Below are positions 49,722 through 59,237 of a DNA stretch of 64,000 nt, in pieces; position 1 is the stretch's first letter, and every line of letters starts with the position of its first letter. Source of the stretch: Candidatus Saccharimonadota bacterium (GTDB lineage: Bacteria > Patescibacteriota > Saccharimonadia > Saccharimonadales > Saccharimonadaceae). Position numbers and translations under genes: made by a program. The DNA lies in contig JAEUQU010000001.1 of NCBI GenBank assembly GCA_016789455.1, forward strand, positions 33,710 to 97,709. The letters are read 5' to 3'. The notes below the pieces were generated by a model that had not been told where the DNA came from, ran no database searches, and saw only the letters and a list, made by a program, of their open reading frames with translations.

Positions 49722-50317
49722 GGCTGTGCGCCTCCTTCCGGTGGGGTAGCTGCCTGCGATTTCAACGCCTCAGGCTTGAGCGTGGCAGTAATGTTCACGG
49801 TGTATGGGTACTGGCCGGTCGAGGTGCGGGGATCACCGGTGATGCCACCAAGCTTTATATCCTTGAAGACACCGGATATCTCGAAGTTCTCCTTGACGAT
49901 TGCACCCTTGTTGAAGCTGTCGGTCTGGATGGTCAGCGACAGGGGCTTATCTATCTGGGCGGCGTCAAGCGAGATGGTGCCAATGATGGCGCCGGGCGGC
50001 AAAGCCTTGGAGATGCTGACGACGGCATTGCTCAGGATGAGCTCTTTGCTATAGATGCCTTTGACGCGGTCGACATTGGCGTTGAACTGCTGCACCTGGG
50101 CTTTGATCTCGTTAAGCTTGCCCAGCTGCTTTTCGCTGTCCTGCCGCAGCAGTGTGTAATCGGCCTTGTTGCGTTCGTTCAGGATGAGTGAGACGCCGAA
50201 GACAGCCATGATGGCCACGGCCGCCACAGCCATGGTAATGAGATATTTGATAAGCAGTGTATTGACCCGGCCGGCACGGAACTCGCGCTTGACCTCGGGC
50301 GGCAGCAGGTTGATCAT
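49718..50317 (-). CDS. pilN: PilN (fimbrial assembly) protein
   Basis: MINLLPPEVKRE start, a single TM segment and a coiled coil. It has a 4-nt overlap with pilM. Confidence 0.7.
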   Translation of the reverse strand: MINLLPPEVKREFRAGRVNTLLIKYLITMAVAAVAIMAVFGVSLILNERNKADYTLLRQDSEKQLGKLNEIKAQVQQFNANVDRVKGIYSKELILSNAVVSISKALPPGAIIGTISLDAAQIDKPLSLTIQTDSFNKGAIVKENFEISGVFKDIKLGGITGDPRTSTGQYPYTVNITATLKPEALKSQAATPPEGGAQP

Positions 50318-51363
50318 TGCCAGACCTCCCTATGGTCGACCATGCCCAGACCGATGGCGGTGATGAAGCGTGGCTGTAGCTGTTTGGGAATCGGCTTGAG
50401 CTTACCGAAGTCCAAAATCTGCCATGGGCTGGCCACGCGGGAGGCGATGACCATGTTCTCGGTAAAGTAATCACCCAGGCCGGGCATGTTAGAGCCACCG
50501 CCGACGATGATCAGCTGCTCGATCTTATTCTTGCTGCCAAGCCGCTCGGTGTAGTAGCGCATGACCTTCTTGGTTTCGGAAATAATCCTGTCGAGTGATG
50601 GTTCGAGCGATTTGCGGATGAGGGTCTGCTTGGGGCCAAGGTTCAGGCCGCTTTGGGTACGCAGCACATGCGCCGCTTCGCGAGTAACTTTGGCAGCCTT
50701 CATGATGGCCTGTGTCATGGTGTGGCCGCCGACGTCGACAGAGCCGGTGACACGGATGGATTTGTCCAGGATGGCAATATCAGTCGAATCAGCTCCGACG
50801 TCCAGGATGACCGTTGGCAGCTCACCGCCTTCGGCCCGGCGGATAAGGCGGGCGACGGCCATGATGCCCGGCTCCACCAGTACTGGTGTCAGTCCGATGG
50901 AGGTGCAGGCGGACATAGTAGCATCGACATACAGCTTGGGTACGGCCGACATCAAGGCCTCTATGGTGTCGTCGCGTTTCTCGATGACCTCATGGTCAAT
51001 GTAGAGCTCATTGATACTGACCGGGATGTATTGCTCGGCCTCAAGGTGGATGGCACTCAGCAGGTCGTCCTCGGCAGCCCGCGGCAAGCTGATACTGCGG
51101 GTAAAGGTCCGGTAAGTTGGCACACTGACCGCTACGTGGCGGCTTGGCAGCCGGCCGATAGAATGCTTATTGAGCATCTCATTCAGCTGGGTCTTAAGAT
51201 GGGCTTCTATTTCCTGGACGTTTTGCATCCGTGCCTGATCAAGCTCGATGTAGCCATACGAGCTGACATTACCACTCTTTGGGGACAGGCCAATGAACTT
51301 CGCGCTCGATTGCGATATATCCAGTCCGATCAATGGTTTTTCTTTAAAAAATAGCTGACTCAT
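50314..51363 (-). CDS. pilM: type IV pilus assembly protein PilM (actin-like ATPase fold)
   Basis: 349 aa. Contains IGLDISQSSAKFIGL ... VILDVGADSTDIAIL ... IIVGGGSNMPGL. Confidence 0.85.
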   Translation of the reverse strand: MSQLFFKEKPLIGLDISQSSAKFIGLSPKSGNVSSYGYIELDQARMQNVQEIEAHLKTQLNEMLNKHSIGRLPSRHVAVSVPTYRTFTRSISLPRAAEDDLLSAIHLEAEQYIPVSINELYIDHEVIEKRDDTIEALMSAVPKLYVDATMSACTSIGLTPVLVEPGIMAVARLIRRAEGGELPTVILDVGADSTDIAILDKSIRVTGSVDVGGHTMTQAIMKAAKVTREAAHVLRTQSGLNLGPKQTLIRKSLEPSLDRIISETKKVMRYYTERLGSKNKIEQLIIVGGGSNMPGLGDYFTENMVIASRVASPWQILDFGKLKPIPKQLQPRFITAIGLGMVDHREVWQ

Positions 51364-51534
51364 AGGCCCACATAATCATTATGCTTATTATATACCAAAA
51401 CGCGTGCAGTACTATGACATTTAAGGCTTTTCCCTACTTTTTATGCAGACCATGCCCTATTGCCTCCGTCACAGTAACGAAAAGGCTCCAGTATATCTGG
51501 AGCCTCCCCGAGTTTGGCCTTAGCCGTAGTGAGA

Positions 51535-52038
51535 CTACTGGTTCAGGCTGTCCTTGGTCTTCTGGCCGCCGCCTGAGCCGTTGACGGCTTCTTCGTTCCA
51601 GTTCAGGACGAACTTGCCACAGTTGTTGGCAGCAGCACAAGGAGTGGTACCACCGGCGATGTATGGGTTGTAGCCGTACTGCGAAGTAGTTGGGCTAGTA
51701 CCAGTGATGAGCGAGTTGGCGTTGCCACCAGGAGCCTGGATAGCGTTGGCGTCGATACCCTTGAGGACAAGCTGTACGGCTGCAGGTGTCGCACCCACCA
51801 AGGATGAACCAAGCGGGTAGTTGCCCGGGTTGGCGTTTGCCGGGTCGACAGCGAATGCCTCCAGCTGGCTTGAAAGGCCCTTGATGTCAGTCTGGCGCTC
51901 GGTGTTGCGTGCGCGTGCCTGGACACCGCTGAACGTGTTCAGGACGATTGCAGCCAGGATACCGATCACTACGATGACGATCAGCAGCTCAACGATAGTG
52001 AAGCCGGCCTTTCGGTTCTTTGTAAGTGTTTTTAGCAT
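51535..52038 (-). CDS. pilA: type IV prepilin (likely major pilin)
   Basis: MLKTLTKNRKAG/FTIVELLIVIVVIGILAAIVLNTF has a short leader and Glu+5. AGGGGG lies upstream and the gene heads the pilMNO operon. Two C-terminal Cys are present. Confidence 0.8.
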   Translation of the reverse strand: MLKTLTKNRKAGFTIVELLIVIVVIGILAAIVLNTFSGVQARARNTERQTDIKGLSSQLEAFAVDPANANPGNYPLGSSLVGATPAAVQLVLKGIDANAIQAPGGNANSLITGTSPTTSQYGYNPYIAGGTTPCAAANNCGKFVLNWNEEAVNGSGGGQKTKDSLNQ

Positions 52039-52153
52039 TTGTAATGCCCCCTAATTAGTTATTGTCTTAGTCAGGAACAATCCTGTTCTGACACTAATAG
52101 TAATTCCCGGCTCATGTGCTGTCAATATGCTTATGCAAGTTTAATTGTCCGGC

Positions 52154-53614
52154 TTATCCACTTGCCCCATTCGACCCTTTGCCAGAGGTACACCGCTCAT
52201 AGAGCCGCCGGAAGACCGAACGGTAATCGTAGGCCAGGTAGCCGCTTGTCACCATGGCCATGCCGCCCGCCACCCATACACTTGCGTCACGCTTGGCCGA
52301 CGCCTCCTTGGCCTCTACGGGCGTGCTGGCGGCCTTTTCCTTCTTTGCCTTAGGGGCTTTGGCGGCCTTGGCCTTGGCGGGCTTCTTGGCAGCCGGTTTT
52401 TTCGTACTGGCCTTTGGTGCCTTGACTGTGGTCTTAAGCGTCAGCATGTTGGCAGCCCCAGGCGTGAGCGTATCAGTCCATTGCCAGCCGCCCGCCTCGT
52501 TCCTGGCCCATGCCACATCGGGCTTGGCGCCAGTATAGGTTGTTGCATCAAGCGTCAGGCCACCCGGAGTCAGTAACGTTACCGTCGCGCCGGCATTCGT
52601 CAGCGCCAGACCGGTGTCCCTGGCGTACACCGCGAGATATTCGCCAGGAGTAAGGGCAGTATCGTCTTCGAACGTGTAGCGCTGGCTCTTGCTATCCCCT
52701 GTCGTCAGTACAAAGCCCTTCAGGACGATTTCTTGCCGACCGACATTGTGCAGCTCAATATATTCCGCCTGACTGTCCTGTAGCGGTGGCGCCGGATCGG
52801 CCAGCACCTCGTTCAGTCGTAGCTGTGCCGTTTCCTGGGCAAGGTCAGGCTCCACGTCCGGAAGCGGCACGGGCGGCTCCTCTGGCGGAATATAAACGTT
52901 TGCCAGGCCTGGCGTCGGTTCTTCCGCCACGATGAAGTCCTGCCTGTTGTCATCGGTATCGGCCAGTTCATTGTCGGGCAGCACCATCCGTTGCAGGCTC
53001 TCACCGGCTCCGTGCGCTGGCGCCGGCTCCCCTTCGGCGGTTGCGGCCGGCAACCCGCTGCTTGATATCTTGCCATATCCCACAAGATCCTCCTGCTCTT
53101 GCACCTTCGTGGCAGCATCCACCGACACCAGACGCACCTGCCCGCCAGCGCCGGCGAAGCCCAGGTTGGCAGCAGGCGTCACGTCTGCTGCCGCTAGCTT
53201 GGCCGCCGGGCTGGCCACGAGCAGACGCCCTTTGCCGGCAATACTGAGCACACAGCCGCTCCCGCATCCCAGGCGCGCCTTGGTGTCGGCGTCTTTGCCT
53301 GTGGAGCTTTTATCCACCCACGGCTTATCCGGCGTTGCGCTCGCCGTCCGATATTGGATAAGCCAGTTGGTCACGTCGACACTTTCGGCGTTGGGATTGT
53401 ATAGCTCGACAAAGTCCGCATCGGTACTGTCAGCACCATGGCTGCTAAGCTCGGCAATCAGGATTGGCCGACGCACCTGGCCTGGCGGCTCCGCCGTCTC
53501 TCCGCCTGGCGGAAGCGTCGGCTCGACGCCGAGCGCCGCTCCGGGCCTGGCGTTCAGAACGATAAGCGATAGTATCAGTATGCTGTATGAGGTGATGCGA
53601 TATATATGTTTCAT
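52154..53614 (-). CDS. secreted protein with two lamin-tail-like domains, a Lys/Ala/Pro-rich tract and a C-terminal membrane anchor
   Basis: 486 aa with a signal peptide. The LTD-like segments are ILIAELSSHGADSTDADFVELYNPN...VDVTNW and LRLNEVLADP...EYIELHN. They are followed by KAPKASTKKPAAKKPAKAKAAKAPKAKKEKA and then the hydrophobic VWVAGGMAMVTSGYLAY. Confidence 0.6.
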   Translation of the reverse strand: MKHIYRITSYSILILSLIVLNARPGAALGVEPTLPPGGETAEPPGQVRRPILIAELSSHGADSTDADFVELYNPNAESVDVTNWLIQYRTASATPDKPWVDKSSTGKDADTKARLGCGSGCVLSIAGKGRLLVASPAAKLAAADVTPAANLGFAGAGGQVRLVSVDAATKVQEQEDLVGYGKISSSGLPAATAEGEPAPAHGAGESLQRMVLPDNELADTDDNRQDFIVAEEPTPGLANVYIPPEEPPVPLPDVEPDLAQETAQLRLNEVLADPAPPLQDSQAEYIELHNVGRQEIVLKGFVLTTGDSKSQRYTFEDDTALTPGEYLAVYARDTGLALTNAGATVTLLTPGGLTLDATTYTGAKPDVAWARNEAGGWQWTDTLTPGAANMLTLKTTVKAPKASTKKPAAKKPAKAKAAKAPKAKKEKAASTPVEAKEASAKRDASVWVAGGMAMVTSGYLAYDYRSVFRRLYERCTSGKGSNGASG

Positions 53615-53737
53615 AGTGGCCTTAGCCTACCAATACATCCAGCCATCCCACAGTTCTGTTCATTAAATATTCTTAGCACCATAAGCGGCAAGCCGGCCGC
53701 CCTTGAAGTGTGTTCGCAAATAGTTGATACTAAGGGT

Positions 53738-54343
53738 ATGCTTTTATGGAAAGAGCGCCTCGAGAACTGCCCCGTCATGAGCCTGCAGACAGGCGGACAG
53801 CTCGGAGTCGCAAATCAGCCCATCATCGACCCGCGCGACCTGCGCGTGGTTGCCTTTTATGTGACAGGTCCGCAGGTGGACGTCCATCCGGCCGTTCTGC
53901 ACACCTCCGATATCCGTGAGTTCGGCAGTCTCGGCATGATTGTCAATGACAGCGACGACATCATGGCGCTTGACGAAGAGCTGGTCCGCCTCAACGAGAT
54001 TATCAGCTATCATTTTGAACTGGTTGGCATGAAGGTTATCGACACCGATCGGAACAAGCTCGGCAAAATAGTTGATTACGTTGTAGATACTACCAGCTTT
54101 ATGGTCAGTAAATTTAATGTCAAAGCACCGCTGCTCCATGTCGGTGCGCATGCCGGTGACCTGTTGATCGGCCGCCAACAAATCCGTGAGATTACCGATG
54201 ATCACATCGTCGTGGCCGCCCCGACCATCGAGACGCCCGCCGAAGCCCCTGCCGTCCAAGAGGGCCTGGCGCCCTTTGAGAACCCTTTCCGCCAGCCGCA
54301 TACCGAAGGCAACCCGGCTACGCACCACAACAGTCAGTCGTAG
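53738..54343 (+). CDS. hypothetical protein, possibly two PRC-barrel-like repeats
   Basis: Start set at ATG 53738. A repeated pattern (V.SL.TG..LG ... / VGMKVIDTDRNKLGKIVDYVVD) is reminiscent of PRC barrels. The assignment is weak. Confidence 0.35.
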   Translation: MLLWKERLENCPVMSLQTGGQLGVANQPIIDPRDLRVVAFYVTGPQVDVHPAVLHTSDIREFGSLGMIVNDSDDIMALDEELVRLNEIISYHFELVGMKVIDTDRNKLGKIVDYVVDTTSFMVSKFNVKAPLLHVGAHAGDLLIGRQQIREITDDHIVVAAPTIETPAEAPAVQEGLAPFENPFRQPHTEGNPATHHNSQS

Positions 54344-54353
54344 TCCTGGTGCC

Positions 54354-54965
54354 CTACAGCTCCTCGTCTTCCGTCCCGTCCACGGCCGACTTGACATCAT
54401 CATAGCCATACCCTTGCCGCATCAGATAGGCCAGGAATTTTTGGCGGTCCGGGTACCGTGCCCGTTTTTTGGCAACTAAACGACGCAAGGCATCTTTTTC
54501 GTCAAAGTCCTTATCGACCGCCAAAGCCGCCGTCACATGCTCATCGGCCACCCCTTTCTGCCGCAGTTCCATCTGCAGTTTCCTGGTGCTGATCGGTTTG
54601 CCAAGTGCCCGGTGCCGCACCCAGGCCTGCGCGAACGTGGCGTCATCAACGTGCCCCTTGGCGCGCAGCCGCTCTATCACCCTGTCGGCCAAAGCTGGAT
54701 CCCACTGCTTGCGCCAGGCATAATCGCGCAGCTCCTTCTCGCTGCGTGGTCGTCGCATGATATACTCCAGCGCCCGTGCGTATGCCTTGCCAAAGACACT
54801 TTCTTCTTTGAGCTGTTCAAGTTCGGCTTCGGTGTATTCCCGGCCGAGGCGTACTCCAAGATGGATCAGCTGAAACTCATCAAGTGAAAAATTATAAGCG
54901 CCATCAACGAAGATGTTATACCGTCCCTGCGTCTTGACCGCCGCCTTGATGGCAGTGATCTTCAT
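54354..54965 (-). CDS. recX: recombination regulator RecX
   Basis: Start at ATG 54963-54965 (MKITAIK...). It has the three-helix-repeat pattern with conserved aromatic/basic residues and sits immediately downstream of recA. Confidence 0.75.
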   Translation of the reverse strand: MKITAIKAAVKTQGRYNIFVDGAYNFSLDEFQLIHLGVRLGREYTEAELEQLKEESVFGKAYARALEYIMRRPRSEKELRDYAWRKQWDPALADRVIERLRAKGHVDDATFAQAWVRHRALGKPISTRKLQMELRQKGVADEHVTAALAVDKDFDEKDALRRLVAKKRARYPDRQKFLAYLMRQGYGYDDVKSAVDGTEDEEL

Positions 54966-54983
54966 GACACGCCCTTCCACGCC

Positions 54984-55007
54984 AAAAGGCGGGCTGTAAT
55001 ACCCGCC
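54984..55007 (-). terminator. intergenic hairpin plus U-run between recA and recX (partial terminator/attenuator)
   Basis: The minus strand reads GGCGGG TATTACAG CCCGCC TTTTGG. The stems are at 54988-54993 and 55002-55007. Confidence 0.5.
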
Positions 55008-55058
55008 TCATCTGGCGTGCTGCCGGACTGTACGCTTCGGGTCATCGGACCTAAGGAC

Positions 55059-56117
55059 CTAGACTTCTTCGGCTGCGACTTTCTCGCGGACCTTGGTCTC
55101 AATCTCGGCCATGACATCCCGGTGTTCCTTGAGGTATGTCTTGGAGGCTTCGCGGCCCTGGCCGATCTTGGCGTTATTGTAGTCGAACCAGGCACCCGAC
55201 TTGCCAACGATGTTGTGAGTGACCGCCAGGTCAAGCACGTCACCGGTAGCACTGATGCCCTCGTTGTACATGATGTCGAACTCAGCGATACGGAATGGCG
55301 GCGCAATCTTATTCTTGACCACCTTCACCTTGGTACGGTTACCGATGACGTCCTCGCCGGTCTTAATCTGGCCGGTGCGGCGGATATCCAGACGCAGCGA
55401 CGCGTAAAACTTCAAGGCGTTACCACCGGTGGTCGTCTCCGGGTTGCCAAACATGACACCGATCTTCATACGGATCTGGTTGATGAAGATGACCGTCGCC
55501 TTGCTCTTATTAATGATACCGGTCAGCTTACGCAGTGCCTGGCTCATCAGGCGGGCCTGCAGACCCATGTGGCTGTCGCCCATGTCGCCTTCAATTTCTG
55601 CCTGCGGCACCAGGGCGGCCACCGAGTCAACAATAATCAGATCGACGGCATTGCTGCGCACCAGCGTCTCACAGATTTCCAGGGCCTGCTCGCCATTGTC
55701 CGGCTGGGCAACCAGCAGATTGTCGGTGTCCACTCCCACCTTACGGGCGTAACTTGGGTCGAGCGCGTGCTCGGCATCGATGAAGGCCGCCGTACCGCCC
55801 AGTTTCTGCACCTGTGCGATGGCGTGCAAGGTCAGCGTAGTCTTGCCAGAGCTTTCCGGTCCGTAAATCTCAACGATGCGACCCTTGGGGTACCCGCCGC
55901 CCAGAGCCAGGTCCAGGCTTAAGGCGCCTGATGGAATGGTTTCGACCTCTACTTTGTGGGCGTCGCCCAGCTTCATGATTGAGCCGTCGCCGAACTGTTT
56001 GGTTATCTGATCAAGTGCCAGGCCGAGGGCCTTGGTCTTGCCGTCGGTCTTGGCATCACTCTTGTCGTTTTTGTCGGATGCTGTGGCGGCCGCTTGTTTC
56101 TGTTGCTTCTCTGCCAT
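55059..56117 (-). CDS. recA: recombinase RecA
   Basis: Start at ATG 56115-56117 with AAGGAGGAG upstream. Contains Walker [23 protein letters not shown] and [30 protein letters not shown]. Confidence 0.95.
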   Translation of the reverse strand: MAEKQQKQAAATASDKNDKSDAKTDGKTKALGLALDQITKQFGDGSIMKLGDAHKVEVETIPSGALSLDLALGGGYPKGRIVEIYGPESSGKTTLTLHAIAQVQKLGGTAAFIDAEHALDPSYARKVGVDTDNLLVAQPDNGEQALEICETLVRSNAVDLIIVDSVAALVPQAEIEGDMGDSHMGLQARLMSQALRKLTGIINKSKATVIFINQIRMKIGVMFGNPETTTGGNALKFYASLRLDIRRTGQIKTGEDVIGNRTKVKVVKNKIAPPFRIAEFDIMYNEGISATGDVLDLAVTHNIVGKSGAWFDYNNAKIGQGREASKTYLKEHRDVMAEIETKVREKVAAEEV

Positions 56118-56299
56118 ATGACTCCTCCTTTTGTCCTGTAGGTCTACACTTTTAATCCCCGAAGGCACCTTATAACGGCACCTGCGAATATGCAACCATG
56201 TCCTTATTATACCATAAGTTTAAGCGTTTTACCTCTGGAAATAGGCAATAATTATTTAATAAATGACTGTACAACGCCGCACGGATTCTGCTCTGCATC

Positions 56300-56308
56300 T
56301 GCTAGAAT
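56300..56308 (+). promoter_or_regulatory. extended -10 box TGCTAGAAT, 8 nt upstream of ATG 56317
   Basis: TGCTAGAAT, then AGTACGAG, then ATG, with no Shine-Dalgarno. Confidence 0.4.
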
Positions 56309-56316
56309 AGTACGAG

Positions 56317-56751
56317 ATGAAAACGCAGACGACGACATTGCGCGCCACCAGCCGGCCTACGTCCTACCGCCAGCAAGGTTTTACGCTGGCCGAGGGTTTC
56401 GTGACTGCCACCGCCGCCGTCGCCGTCTTTTTCCTGCTGCTTGGCCAGTGGCAGAACGCCGAGGCCAGCCGCCGTGACTCGTCGCGCAAAGTCGCTATCA
56501 ATACCATCCACTATTACCTGCGCGAAGTCTACTATCAGGAAAATAAGGCCTACCCCGCCATCCTGACCGCCCAGGATCTTAAAGCAATCAATGAAGAACT
56601 CATTAAAGATCCGGCCGGACGGCCCATTGGCGCTCACGATTCAGACCTGCGCTACACCGCCAGCAAGTGCGCCGTCAATGATTGCCAGCACTACGAGCTG
56701 CGTGCCAGCCTCGAAAAAGAAGACGATTTTATACGCTCAAACGAGGACTAA
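56317..56751 (+). CDS. pilin-like protein with a prepilin-type N-terminal motif
   Basis: YRQQG/FTLAEGFVTATAAVAVFFLLLG has G-F-T-L-x-E with Glu at +5 and a long 20-residue leader. A Cys pair (CAVNDC) lies near the C-terminus. Confidence 0.55.
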   Translation: MKTQTTTLRATSRPTSYRQQGFTLAEGFVTATAAVAVFFLLLGQWQNAEASRRDSSRKVAINTIHYYLREVYYQENKAYPAILTAQDLKAINEELIKDPAGRPIGAHDSDLRYTASKCAVNDCQHYELRASLEKEDDFIRSNED

Positions 56752-56771
56752 GCAGCCGGCCGCCCTGGCCA

Positions 56772-57554
56772 CTAGCTGTCGTCCTCACCCTCGTTGCCCA
56801 TGATGGGGCGCCCGTTCTTGAAGGCCTCGACGGCGTCATTGAGCAGGGTAATCTGATGACGTGGATTAGCCACATAGCTGAACCGGTACGTCGTTTCTTC
56901 ACCCTGGGTTGACAACCGGATGTTACCGTAGCCGAAAAGATGTTGCATGATGCCGTGCTGGCGGTAACTGGCGTCCTCGATGTTGGCCAGGCTGATCGTC
57001 TGTTCCTTGCGTGAAAACAGGCTTATCTGGATGAACTGCACCACGCTTTCGTTGGTGAGAAAGAACTTGTTCTGGGTATAGACGAAACTGGAGACGAAAC
57101 CGCCCAGGATGATCAGGGCGACCACGCCCAGGAACGGAAGTAGCAGCGCCGCGAACGAGACCCCGCTGGCACCGCCGATGCCCATCGACGACAACACGCC
57201 GCCCTGGAACTGCATCAGGAAGCCCATGATAAAGAGGAGGAGCAATACGATGATACCCGTGACGACCCAGATGGATATAAGGCCGATAGGATGGCGGCGC
57301 ACCGCACTTATGACAAATTCGCCCTTGCTCAGGTTAAGCTCAGGATACTTGCGCTTGGATTCCTCATGGCGCCGCTGGGCGACTTCGGGAATCTCTGGCT
57401 CGACCGGCATGGACGGCCGGGCTAAATAGACGACCTGCGGGCCGCCTTCACTTGATGATCCACCGCTGACGGGCTGCACCGGCACAACCGGCGTGTACCC
57501 TTGTGGCTGTTGGCTCTGGGGATGTGCTCCGGGTGATGTGGTCTTCTCTGCCAT
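56772..57554 (-). CDS. bacterial PH-domain (bPH_2/YdbS-YdbT-like) membrane protein
   Basis: Pro/Gln-rich N-terminus, two TM helices, then FFLTNESVV...IEDASYRQHGIMQHLFGYGNIRLST, which is typical of bPH_2. Confidence 0.6.
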   Translation of the reverse strand: MAEKTTSPGAHPQSQQPQGYTPVVPVQPVSGGSSSEGGPQVVYLARPSMPVEPEIPEVAQRRHEESKRKYPELNLSKGEFVISAVRRHPIGLISIWVVTGIIVLLLLFIMGFLMQFQGGVLSSMGIGGASGVSFAALLLPFLGVVALIILGGFVSSFVYTQNKFFLTNESVVQFIQISLFSRKEQTISLANIEDASYRQHGIMQHLFGYGNIRLSTQGEETTYRFSYVANPRHQITLLNDAVEAFKNGRPIMGNEGEDDS

Positions 57555-57576
57555 GCCTCTATTATATCAGGCGCGA

Positions 57577-58593
57577 CTAGCTTTCGTCATCTGGTACGCC
57601 TGCGCCAAGATGGCGCCGCGCCTTGAGTGTCACCTTGCGGCCACGCGGCGTGCGCTCGATAAAGCCTATTTGTAGCAGGTACGGCTCATAAAAATCCTCG
57701 ATGGTTGAAGCCTCATCGCCGGTCATGGCCGCCAGGGTGCCCAGGCCTACCGGCCCGCCGCCGCAGTTATCAATCATGGCCCATAGCAGCTGGCGATCAC
57801 TGGGGTCGAGGCCGAGCGTATCGACTTCCAATAACTCCAGCGCCTTGCCAGCCAGTTGCGTATCGATGATGCCGTCACCGTTCACATCAGCGTAATCGCG
57901 CACACGCTTCAACAGCCGGTTGGCGATGCGCGGTGTCAGGCGGGCCCGTGTAGACAGCGACCGTGCCGCTTCCGGCGCAATCTGCACCCCCAGGATCACT
58001 GCCGAGCGATGGATGATCTGCGCAATCTCGGCCGGCTTATAAAACTCCAGCCGGTGCATCAGCCCAAAACGGTCACGCAGCGGCGCCGCCAGGCTGCCGG
58101 TACGCGTGGTGGCACCGATAACCGTGAACTTTGGCAGGTCGAGCCGGACACTGCGGGCCGCCGGCCCCTTGCCGATGACGATATCAAGCTTGAAATCTTC
58201 CATGGCGGAATATAGCACTTCTTCGACCGCCCGGCTCAGCCGGTGAATCTCATCAATGAACAAGATATCACCTTCTTCGAGATTGGTCAGGATGCTCGCC
58301 AGGTCGCCAGCCCGCTCAATGGCAGGTCCGGCCGTAATCTTGATATTCGATCCCATCTCGTTGGCGATGACGCTGGCCATGGTCGTCTTACCCAGGCCTG
58401 GGGGGCCATAGAGCAGTACGTGGTCAACCGGCTCACCACGCTTGCGTGCGGCATCGATGGCCAGCTTGACGTTGGCCTTAAGCCGCTCCTGGCCGATATA
58501 TTCCGTAAACCGTTTTGGCCGCAGCGTCACTTCCAGGTCGACTTCGACCGGATCCTCGGTGACGCTGGTGTCAATAATACGCTCGATTGCCAT
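57577..58593 (-). CDS. ruvB: Holliday junction branch-migration helicase RuvB
   Basis: Contains [30 protein letters not shown] and [17 protein letters not shown]. Confidence 0.95.
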   Translation of the reverse strand: MAIERIIDTSVTEDPVEVDLEVTLRPKRFTEYIGQERLKANVKLAIDAARKRGEPVDHVLLYGPPGLGKTTMASVIANEMGSNIKITAGPAIERAGDLASILTNLEEGDILFIDEIHRLSRAVEEVLYSAMEDFKLDIVIGKGPAARSVRLDLPKFTVIGATTRTGSLAAPLRDRFGLMHRLEFYKPAEIAQIIHRSAVILGVQIAPEAARSLSTRARLTPRIANRLLKRVRDYADVNGDGIIDTQLAGKALELLEVDTLGLDPSDRQLLWAMIDNCGGGPVGLGTLAAMTGDEASTIEDFYEPYLLQIGFIERTPRGRKVTLKARRHLGAGVPDDES

Positions 58594-58596
58594 TTA

Positions 58597-59172
58597 CTAT
58601 CCCTTCAGCGCCAGTCTGACGCGCTCTTCGGTTGGCAATGTGTCATCAATGCCTTGCAGCGCCTCGGTAGCCTGCGCCAGATTGAATCCCAGGGCCATCA
58701 GCGCCTCCATGGCATCATCGGTCGGCAGTGCCGTCAGTTGTTGCGGCTTGAATACTTCGTACGAGCCGCTTGGCAGCCCTACTTTGTCCTGAAGGTCGAC
58801 GACCACCCGGTCTGCCCCGCGCTTACCGACGCCACTGGCCTTTTGGATGAAGCCGGCATCACCGTTGGCAATGGCACTGCGCACCTGCTCGCTTGGCGCC
58901 AAGCTGAGGATAGCCAAGGCTGCCTTGGGGCCGATACCCTGAACGCTGGTCAGTAATTCGAATAACCGCTTGGCCGCCAGGCTGGAGAAGCCGAACAGGC
59001 TTTGCTCCTGCTCGCGCACCTGGTGGTGCGTATAGAGCTTAATGGGCTCATGGAGATGCGCCGCCTCAAAATCAAGTGCCGATACGAACACCTCGTACCC
59101 GACCCCGCCGACATCAACGATAAGGGAATTGATGAACTTCTCAGCCACAACCCCGGAGACATGCGCTATCAT
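58597..59172 (-). CDS. ruvA: Holliday junction DNA-binding protein RuvA
   Basis: MIAHVSGVVAEKF...VDVGGVGYEV start, and HhH motifs LTSVQGIGPKAALAIL and KASGVGKRGADR. Confidence 0.9.
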   Translation of the reverse strand: MIAHVSGVVAEKFINSLIVDVGGVGYEVFVSALDFEAAHLHEPIKLYTHHQVREQEQSLFGFSSLAAKRLFELLTSVQGIGPKAALAILSLAPSEQVRSAIANGDAGFIQKASGVGKRGADRVVVDLQDKVGLPSGSYEVFKPQQLTALPTDDAMEALMALGFNLAQATEALQGIDDTLPTEERVRLALKG

Positions 59173-59237
59173 ACTTAAGCTATTATAGTTGAAGTGGTAG
59201 AAATTTTGTAAAATAAAATATACAATACATTAAGCTT

